A stretch of DNA of 64,000 bases, taken from the NCBI GenBank assembly GCA_035531075.1, contig DATKTO010000026.1, positions 49,897 to 113,896 on the forward strand, written 5' to 3'. The position numbers were made by a program, and so were the translations under genes. The notes below the pieces were generated by a model. That model searched no databases and was not told the DNA's origin. It worked only from the letters and a program-made list of their open reading frames with translations. The stretch comes from Gallionellaceae bacterium (GTDB lineage Bacteria; Pseudomonadota; Gammaproteobacteria; Burkholderiales; Gallionellaceae). This document shows, piece after piece, positions 57,561 through 64,000 of the stretch (position 1 is the first letter of the stretch; the number at the start of each line of letters is the position of its first letter).

Positions 57561-59936
57561 CTACTTCCCCTGTTCTACCAAATACAACCAGGTTTCCACC
57601 ACCGTATCAGGTGTCAGCGAGATCGCTGCGATGCCCTGCTGCACCAGCCACTGCGCCAGATCGGGATGATCGGAAGGCCCCTGTCCGCAGATGCCGACAT
57701 ATTTATCGGCCTTGCGGCATGCCTGTATCGCCATGCTGAGCAGCGCCTTGACCGCCGGATTACGTTCGTCAAAACCTTCCGCCACCAGCCCGGAATCGCG
57801 GTCTATTCCCAGTGTCAGCTGGGTCAGATCATTCGAACCGATTGAGTAGCCGTCGAAATACTCAAGGAACTGATCCGCCAGTATGGCGTTGGAGGGTATC
57901 TCGCACATCATGATGACGCGCAGGCCATTCACACCGCGCTTCAGGCCGTTTTTTTCGAGCTCGGCGATCACCCCTCGCGCTTCTTGCAGGGTGCGCACAA
58001 AGGGGATCATGATCTCCACATTGGTCAGTCCCATCTCGTCGCGCACACGACGCATGGCACGACATTCCAGCGCGAAACACTCGCGGAAATTGTCTGAAAT
58101 ATAGCGCGAAGCCCCCCTGAACCCGATCATGGGGTTTTCTTCGGTTGGCTCGTATTCCTTGCCGCCCAGCAGGCTGGAATATTCATTCGACTTGAAATCG
58201 GACAGCCGCACGATGACCGGCTTGGGGAAGAATGCTGCAGCAAGTGTCGCCACCCCTTCGGTCATTTTGTCGACATAGAAATCGACCGGCGTGGCGTAGC
58301 CCGCTGATTTTGTCTCGACCAATACCTTGAGTTCAGGCGACAAATTGGGGTAAGCCAGTGCCGCTTTCGGGTGCAGGCCTATCATGCGCGCAATGACAAA
58401 TTCCAGCCGCGCCAAGCCCACACCAAAGTTGGGCAGACGGCTGAAGTTGAAGGCCAGTTCGGGATTCGCCACGTTCATGCTGATTTTGACCGGAGGCTTG
58501 GGCAGTCTTTCCAGCGACACATCCAGCACTTCAAAATCCAACAGGCCATGATAAACCTTGCCTTCGTCACCATCCGAACACGAGACGGTAACATCTTGAA
58601 TAGATTTAAGAATTTCAGTCGCGTTGCCGCAACCCACCACCGCCGGAATACCCAGTTCGCGTGCGATAATCGCCGCATGACAGGTGCGGCCGCCGCGATT
58701 GGTGACGATCGCCGACGCAAGCTTCATCACCGGCTCCCAATCGGGATCGGTCATGTCAGTTACCAGCACATCGCCGGCCTGTACCTTGCCGATCTCGCTG
58801 ACATTGGCCACCATGCACACCCTGCCGCTGCCGATGCGCTGGCCGATGGCACGGCCACTCACCAGAATCTTACCCTGCTGTTTCATGCGGTAACGCCTGA
58901 GCGCATCAACGCCGCGCGATTGCACTGTTTCCGGGCGCGCCTGCAGGATGTACAGCTTGCCATCGACGCCATCCTTGCCCCATTCGATATCCATAGGCCG
59001 GGCGTAATGCTGCTCAATGGTCAGCGCATAGCGTGCCAGCTCTTCCACCTCCTGGTCATTCAATGAAAAACGCGAGCTTTCAGCTTTAGGCACCTCAATG
59101 ATGCGCACTGAACGTCCCGCCGAGCGCTCTTCGGCAAAGATCATTTTATTTGCTTTGCTGCCCATGTTGCGCCGGATCACTGCCGGCTTACCTGCCAGCA
59201 ATGCGGGTTTATAAACATAGAATTCGTCCGGATTGACAGCACCCTGCACCACCATCTCACCCAGACCGTAAGCTGAAGTTATCAGCACTACCTGGTCAAA
59301 GCCCGATTCGGTGTCCAGTGTAAACAGCACGCCGCTGGCGCCGGCATCGCTGCGCACCATGCGCTGAATGCCCGCTGACAAGGCGACATCATGATGGGCA
59401 AAACCCTGATGCACGCGGTACGAGATGGCGCGGTCATTGTAGAGCGAGGCAAACACATGCTTGATCGCGGTCAGTACATTATCCACGCCGTGAATATTGA
59501 GGAAGGTTTCCTGCTGTCCTGCGAATGAAGCATCGGGCAAATCTTCGGCAGTCGCCGAGGAGCGCACCGCGAGCGATATTTCACCGCCTTCTTCTTTAAT
59601 CATGCGCTCGTAGGCGGCGCGAATTTCACTGTCGAGGCGAGCTGGCAAGGGTGTATTGATGATCCACTTGCGTATCTGTGTGCCCGCTTGCGCCAGCGCG
59701 CTCACATCATCAGTATTAAGTTTGTCGAGCAGCGTCTGGATGCGCGTTGCCAAGCCTTCATGTGCCAGAAAATCACGGAATGCGGCTGCAGTCGTCGCAA
59801 ACCCACCCGGAACTCGAACCCCCAAGTGAGCGAGTTGGCTGATCATTTCACCCAGCGAGGCATTTTTCCCGCCTACAATGCCCACGTCGCCCATGCGCAA
59901 CGTGTCAAACGCCGCAATATATTGTTGTTTTTCCAT
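57561..59936 (-). CDS. ppsA: Phosphoenolpyruvate synthase
   Basis: Start set at ATG 59934-59936 ([31 protein letters not shown]), giving 792 aa. The phosphohistidine motif is [21 protein letters not shown]. The ORF track's 76-aa upstream extension is not supported. Confidence 0.95.
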   Translation of the reverse strand: MEKQQYIAAFDTLRMGDVGIVGGKNASLGEMISQLAHLGVRVPGGFATTAAAFRDFLAHEGLATRIQTLLDKLNTDDVSALAQAGTQIRKWIINTPLPARLDSEIRAAYERMIKEEGGEISLAVRSSATAEDLPDASFAGQQETFLNIHGVDNVLTAIKHVFASLYNDRAISYRVHQGFAHHDVALSAGIQRMVRSDAGASGVLFTLDTESGFDQVVLITSAYGLGEMVVQGAVNPDEFYVYKPALLAGKPAVIRRNMGSKANKMIFAEERSAGRSVRIIEVPKAESSRFSLNDQEVEELARYALTIEQHYARPMDIEWGKDGVDGKLYILQARPETVQSRGVDALRRYRMKQQGKILVSGRAIGQRIGSGRVCMVANVSEIGKVQAGDVLVTDMTDPDWEPVMKLASAIVTNRGGRTCHAAIIARELGIPAVVGCGNATEILKSIQDVTVSCSDGDEGKVYHGLLDFEVLDVSLERLPKPPVKISMNVANPELAFNFSRLPNFGVGLARLEFVIARMIGLHPKAALAYPNLSPELKVLVETKSAGYATPVDFYVDKMTEGVATLAAAFFPKPVIVRLSDFKSNEYSSLLGGKEYEPTEENPMIGFRGASRYISDNFRECFALECRAMRRVRDEMGLTNVEIMIPFVRTLQEARGVIAELEKNGLKRGVNGLRVIMMCEIPSNAILADQFLEYFDGYSIGSNDLTQLTLGIDRDSGLVAEGFDERNPAVKALLSMAIQACRKADKYVGICGQGPSDHPDLAQWLVQQGIAAISLTPDTVVETWLYLVEQGK

Positions 59937-59997
59937 GATGCAATCCGCCCTGATGTTTGACCGTATAATATGCCACTTAGTTACTGGCAGGTAAAGA

Positions 59998-60807
59998 ATG
60001 AGTAAGACACGTACAGCATTTTTTATTTCTGACCGCACCGGCATCACAGCCGAAAATCTCGGCCACAGTCTGTTGAGCCAGTTTGAAGGCGCACAGATCA
60101 AACGAGTCAGGCTGCCTTTTCTCGATTCTGTGGAAAAAGCCCGCGATGCACTCGCCCAGATCAACGAGACCTCGCTAAGCGATGGTCAGCGGCCCCTGAT
60201 ATTCAGCACCCTTATTCTGCCCGCCGTGCGCAACATCATCGAACAAAGCGATGCGCTGTTTCTCGACCTGTTTGAGATGTTCATCGTGCCACTTGAAGCA
60301 GAACTCGGCATAAGTTCTTCACATGCGGTAGGTCGCTCACACGCAGCAGATACCAATTACAATTCCCGCATGGATGCCGTCAATTATGCGCTTAATCATG
60401 ATGATGGCGGCATCACGCGCGATTTGCATCTCGCCGATATCATTCTGATCGGCGTATCACGCTGCGGCAAAACGCCCACATCCCTCTACCTTGCCATGCA
60501 GTACGGGATCTCAGCAGCCAATTACCCGCTGGTGCCTGAAGATTTCGCCTCCGAAGCATTGCCGCAGGTGCTTAAACCTTTGCGCAGCAAGCTGCATGGC
60601 CTAACCATACGCCCGGAGCGTCTGCATCAAATCCGTACAGAACGCTCCCCCAACAGCAATTATGCTGCACTTGAAAACTGTCAGCTTGAAGTCAAACAGG
60701 CAGAGAACCTGATGCGGTTCGCGAATATCCCCTATCTGGATGTCACCACCATGTCAGTGGAAGAAATAGCCACCACTATCCTGCACCAGACCGGGCTAAA
60801 ACGCTAA
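59998..60807 (+). CDS. ppsR: PEP synthase regulatory protein (bifunctional kinase/pyrophosphorylase)
   Basis: 269 aa with P-loop [15 protein letters not shown]. It is divergent from ppsA, as is usual. Confidence 0.92.
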   Translation: MSKTRTAFFISDRTGITAENLGHSLLSQFEGAQIKRVRLPFLDSVEKARDALAQINETSLSDGQRPLIFSTLILPAVRNIIEQSDALFLDLFEMFIVPLEAELGISSSHAVGRSHAADTNYNSRMDAVNYALNHDDGGITRDLHLADIILIGVSRCGKTPTSLYLAMQYGISAANYPLVPEDFASEALPQVLKPLRSKLHGLTIRPERLHQIRTERSPNSNYAALENCQLEVKQAENLMRFANIPYLDVTTMSVEEIATTILHQTGLKR

Positions 60808-60845
60808 GGCGGCCTTTGCCGACCTGAAATAACTGGCTAATTGCC

Positions 60846-61211
60846 TTAATTTTTTTCCTGGGCCGCAATCTCCTGATGCACTTCTTCCATGTTTAGTTTC
60901 TGGGCATGTTCAATCAGTTGCTCAAGTCCGGATGATGGCAACGCGCCTGCTTCAGAATATACGATCACATTTTCGCGGAATACCATCAGTGTCGGAATGG
61001 AACGAATCTGGAAATAACTGGCGAGTTCCTGTTCAACTTCAGTATTAACCTTGGCAAAAACGATATCGGGGTATTTGTCGGACATCTTCTCATAGGTTGG
61101 CGCGAAGGAAACACAAGGACCACACCACGGTGCCCAATAATCGACTATCACCATATTTTTCCCGCCAACTACCTGTTCAAAATTTCCCTGATTCAACTCT
61201 ATTGTTGCCAT
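60846..61211 (-). CDS. Thioredoxin
   Basis: 121 aa with the WCGPC active site (YWAPWCGPC). Confidence 0.9.
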   Translation of the reverse strand: MATIELNQGNFEQVVGGKNMVIVDYWAPWCGPCVSFAPTYEKMSDKYPDIVFAKVNTEVEQELASYFQIRSIPTLMVFRENVIVYSEAGALPSSGLEQLIEHAQKLNMEEVHQEIAAQEKN

Positions 61212-61345
61212 ATTTACCCCATGTAATTTGCGTATTTATCAATCCAGCACTTGAATATAAGCATATCATTAAATAGTTTGGATGACAAAAAATTCAATTA
61301 TTCATTATGATATGGACTTCACCAACCAGACAGAGGGATTACATA

Positions 61346-61540
61346 ATGAAAGTGAATGTAGGTAACATCGACAGAATTTTACGTATAGTAGCCGGTGTCG
61401 TTTTGATCACATTGGCAGCAACTGGAATTTTTGCCCCCTGGGGCTGGATAGGCGTAGTCCCCCTGCTGACAGGTATCTTCAAGTTTTGTCCTGCTTACAC
61501 ATTGTTTGGCTTGAGCAGTTGCCCGCTGGAAACAAAATAA
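61346..61540 (+). CDS. DUF2892 (YgaP C-terminal-like) small membrane protein
   Basis: Start set at ATG 61346, behind AGAGGG. The sequence is MKVNVGNIDRILRIVAGVVLI..LLTGIFKFCPAYTLFGLSSCP. Confidence 0.75.
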   Translation: MKVNVGNIDRILRIVAGVVLITLAATGIFAPWGWIGVVPLLTGIFKFCPAYTLFGLSSCPLETK

Positions 61541-61561
61541 ACCTTTTTTTGCGTAAACCGC

Positions 61562-61603
61562 ACGCCCGATAGACAAAGCTGTTTATCGGGCGTATCTTTT
61601 TTT
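61562..61603 (+). terminator. Intrinsic terminator
   Basis: A 10-bp stem acgcccgata / tatcgggcgt has a 12-nt loop and is followed by a 7-T tract. Confidence 0.7.
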
Positions 61604-61635
61604 ACTTCATAGTATTTTGTATATATTTAATCAAC

Positions 61636-63819
61636 ATGGGCGAACAACGCGAAACCACTGAGCTGCAGTTAACCGGCATGACCTGCGTCGCCTGCGCTGC
61701 GCGCATCGAGAAGGTTCTTAACCGCATGCCGAATGTGTCTGCCACAGTCAATTTTGCCACGGAAAAGGCGCGCATCGAATTCGACCAGCAAAACGCCGAT
61801 CTTGCCGCACTCATTGCCGCGGTACAGCGCGCCGGTTTCGACGCGCATCCTGTGCGCGATTATGCTGCCGAAAAACAGGAGCGTGCCGCAGCCTATCGCC
61901 AGCAGCGAACCCAATTCATCATCTCCTTGCTGCTCACTGCACCGCTGCTCGTCGAAATGCTGTTCATGCTGCCAATCTGGGACAGCCACTTACACGGCTT
62001 GCTGCCGCTCTGGTTACAGGCGCTGCTTGCCACACCGGTGCAATTCTGGATCGGCAAACGTTTCTTTGTAGGCGCATGGCACAGCCTGCGTGGCGGCGGC
62101 GCAAACATGGACGTGTTGGTTGCGCTCGGCACCAGTGCCGCCTATTTCCTGAGTTGTGCGGTGCTGCTGTTTAATCTCGACCAGCCGGTTTATTTCGAGG
62201 CCAGCGCCACTATCATCACGCTGGTACTGCTGGGTAAACTGCTGGAGGCGCGCGCCAAGGGCCACGCCTCCGCCGCGCTGGAAGCCTTGATTAACCTGCA
62301 ACCCAAGCTTGCCCATGTGGAACGAGACGGCGTCATGCTGGATCTTCCGGTAACAGAAGTCAGAGTGGACGAAGTCTTCCTGGTGCGCCCGGGTGAAAGT
62401 GTGCCTGTCGATGGCCTGGTGCTGGAAGGAACCTCCAGCATAGACGAATCAATGCTGACCGGGGAAAGCATGCCCAGGGAAAAACATGTTGATGACAAGG
62501 TATACACCGCCACCGTCAACCAGCGCGGCTTACTCAAGTGCCGGGCAATCGCTGTGGGCACACAGACCCAGTTGGCAGCTATTATTCGCCTAGTGGGGGA
62601 GGCACAGGGCTCAAAAGCACCGATACAGAAACTCGCCGATAAAATCGCCAGCATCTTTGTGCCGGTGGTGGTGGCGGTTGCCGTGCTGACTTTTATTGCC
62701 TGGTGGGCGCTCGGCAGCGACTTTGCCACAGCGCTCATTAGTGCCGTATCGGTTCTGGTGATTTCCTGCCCCTGCGCGCTTGGTCTGGCCACGCCAACGG
62801 CTATCGTAGTCGCGACTGGCCGTGCCGCCAGTGCGGGCATACTGGTAAAAAATGCCACGGCACTGGAGCATGCCCACAAGCTGGATGTGCTGATCGTAGA
62901 CAAGACCGGCACGTTGACCACCGGTAAACCAACCGTGACCGATTTGCAGCCCGCTGGTGGCATCGATCCTGAACAGTTGCTGCAAATTGCGGCCAGCATG
63001 GCACAGGGTTCTACCCACCCTTTATCTCGCGCCCTGCTGGCCCATGCTCAGGCACAAAACATTCAACTTTCGCCTACCAGCGCATACAAGGAACTTTCCG
63101 GCAGCGGCATATCGGCAGATATCGCCGCCGCGACTTATTTGCTGGGCTCACCTGCATTTATCTCCAGCAACAATATCGGGCTGAATGAGGCAGCGATACT
63201 CACCTTGCAACAACAGGGCAAAACAGTCATCGCCGTGGCAAGCGCAGGCGCCCTCCTGGGCTGCATTGCCCTCGCCGACACACTGCGCGACACCAGTGCC
63301 AGCGCTGTAGCACGATTAAAAAAGATGGGGATACGTGTGGTTATGCTGAGTGGCGACAACGCCGCCACCGCGCAAGCCATTGCGCACCAGGTCGGAATTG
63401 CGGAATTCCGCGCCGAAGTGTTGCCGCAGGACAAGGCTAGCCATGTGCAGTCGTTCAAAGCGCTGGGACGGCTGGTCGGCATGGTAGGCGACGGCATCAA
63501 CGACGCACCGGCCCTCGCGGCGGCAGACGTTAGCTTTGCGATGCAGAGCGGCAGCGATATCGCGATCGAAGCTGCAGACATCACCCTGATGCGCAACGAT
63601 CTGATGAGCGTGGTGGACGCGATAGATCTGTCACGCGTATCGCTGTCCAAAATCCGCCAGAATCTGTTCTTTGCTTTTGGCTATAATATTCTGGGCATCC
63701 CGCTCGCCGCGCTCGGCATGTTAAATCCGGTCATTGCCGGCGCGGCGATGGCGATGAGCTCGGTATCGGTGGTCAGCAATGCGCTGATGCTAAAACGCTG
63801 GCAGCCTTATAAGAAATAA
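61636..63819 (+). CDS. copA: Copper-translocating P1B-type ATPase
   Basis: 727 aa with one HMA domain ([12 protein letters not shown]), a CPC motif ([11 protein letters not shown]), DKTGTLT and GDGINDAP. Confidence 0.93.
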   Translation: MGEQRETTELQLTGMTCVACAARIEKVLNRMPNVSATVNFATEKARIEFDQQNADLAALIAAVQRAGFDAHPVRDYAAEKQERAAAYRQQRTQFIISLLLTAPLLVEMLFMLPIWDSHLHGLLPLWLQALLATPVQFWIGKRFFVGAWHSLRGGGANMDVLVALGTSAAYFLSCAVLLFNLDQPVYFEASATIITLVLLGKLLEARAKGHASAALEALINLQPKLAHVERDGVMLDLPVTEVRVDEVFLVRPGESVPVDGLVLEGTSSIDESMLTGESMPREKHVDDKVYTATVNQRGLLKCRAIAVGTQTQLAAIIRLVGEAQGSKAPIQKLADKIASIFVPVVVAVAVLTFIAWWALGSDFATALISAVSVLVISCPCALGLATPTAIVVATGRAASAGILVKNATALEHAHKLDVLIVDKTGTLTTGKPTVTDLQPAGGIDPEQLLQIAASMAQGSTHPLSRALLAHAQAQNIQLSPTSAYKELSGSGISADIAAATYLLGSPAFISSNNIGLNEAAILTLQQQGKTVIAVASAGALLGCIALADTLRDTSASAVARLKKMGIRVVMLSGDNAATAQAIAHQVGIAEFRAEVLPQDKASHVQSFKALGRLVGMVGDGINDAPALAAADVSFAMQSGSDIAIEAADITLMRNDLMSVVDAIDLSRVSLSKIRQNLFFAFGYNILGIPLAALGMLNPVIAGAAMAMSSVSVVSNALMLKRWQPYKK

Positions 63820-63835
63820 CAATGGAGAAAGACTT

Positions 63836-64000
63836 ATGGAGACTCTGACACTTAATATCAAAGGCATGACCTGTGGCGGCTGCGTAAAAAGTGTGACCAG
63901 CGTGCTGCAAAAAATTTCTGGCGTCTCTAAGGTTGAAGTATCACTGGAACAAAATCAAGCCAACATCACTTACGATCCCGCACAGGCAAAACTTGCACAG
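63836..64000 (+). CDS. copZ: Heavy-metal-associated copper chaperone, partial (runs off the right edge)
   Basis: My translation from ATG 63836 is METLTLNIKGMTCGGCVKSVTSVLQKISGVSKVEVSLEQNQANITYDP.., with an MxCxxC motif. Confidence 0.85.
   Translation, partial: METLTLNIKGMTCGGCVKSVTSVLQKISGVSKVEVSLEQNQANITYDPAQAKLAQ

Noticed and set aside
59937-60164. 76-codon N-terminal extension of ppsA in the ORF track, which would overlap ppsR.
   Set aside because: The canonical PpsA N-terminus ([17 protein letters not shown]) starts at ATG 59936. The extension has no homology-like features and would cover the divergent promoter and the ppsR 5' end.

Overview
This is a densely coding chromosomal window from a Gram-negative bacterium, probably a betaproteobacterium judging from gene content. 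I call about 63 CDS. I found no rRNA, tRNA, CRISPR array, transposase or integrase. All calls come from reading the ORF translations and the DNA by eye, with no searches run; start codons were re-judged where the ORF track clearly over-extends. (1) 1-18.4 kb is an exopolysaccharide locus of the PEP-CTERM/exosortase type. It holds a priming sugar transferase, EpsD-type PPIase, Wza-like exporter, OM barrel, chain-length determinant and tyrosine-kinase-type ATPase. It also holds a Wzy/ligase-like protein, GT2 transferases, a PEP-CTERM cargo protein and Ugd, UDP-GlcA 4-epimerase and GalE. A sulfotransferase plus stand-alone APS kinase CysC suggests a sulfated acidic polymer. A GT4 relic with a ~0.9 kb non-coding scar suggests past rearrangement, and no exosortase is in the window. 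(2) 18.5-19.2 kb is a ParE toxin with an unusually long antitoxin. (3) 19.4-27.8 kb is the most interesting region, a six-gene cluster. Its parts are a membrane-anchored FeS-flavoprotein, a CcmI-like TPR protein and a 5-TM protein with two H-x13-H helices (di-haem-b signature). They are followed by a 24-haem cytochrome of eight c7-type trihaem modules, a 10(+1)-haem cytochrome, and an AMIN-like/TPR/beta-barrel outer-membrane protein. I read this as a candidate trans-envelope electron conduit of non-canonical composition. (4) 27.8-64 kb is housekeeping and stress genes. The redox and stress genes are rubrerythrin/rubredoxin/rubredoxin reductase divergent from oxyR, trxB, msrPQ, uspA, djlA and a thioredoxin. 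Core metabolism and translation genes are glnB-nadE, rmuC, typA, gltX and ppsA/ppsR. Envelope and transport genes are cell-wall hydrolases, a MacAB-TolC-type exporter and copA/copZ. Smaller curiosities are a His-rich membrane protein next to a DHC dihaem cytochrome and a Met/Gly-repeat Spy/CpxP-like protein.
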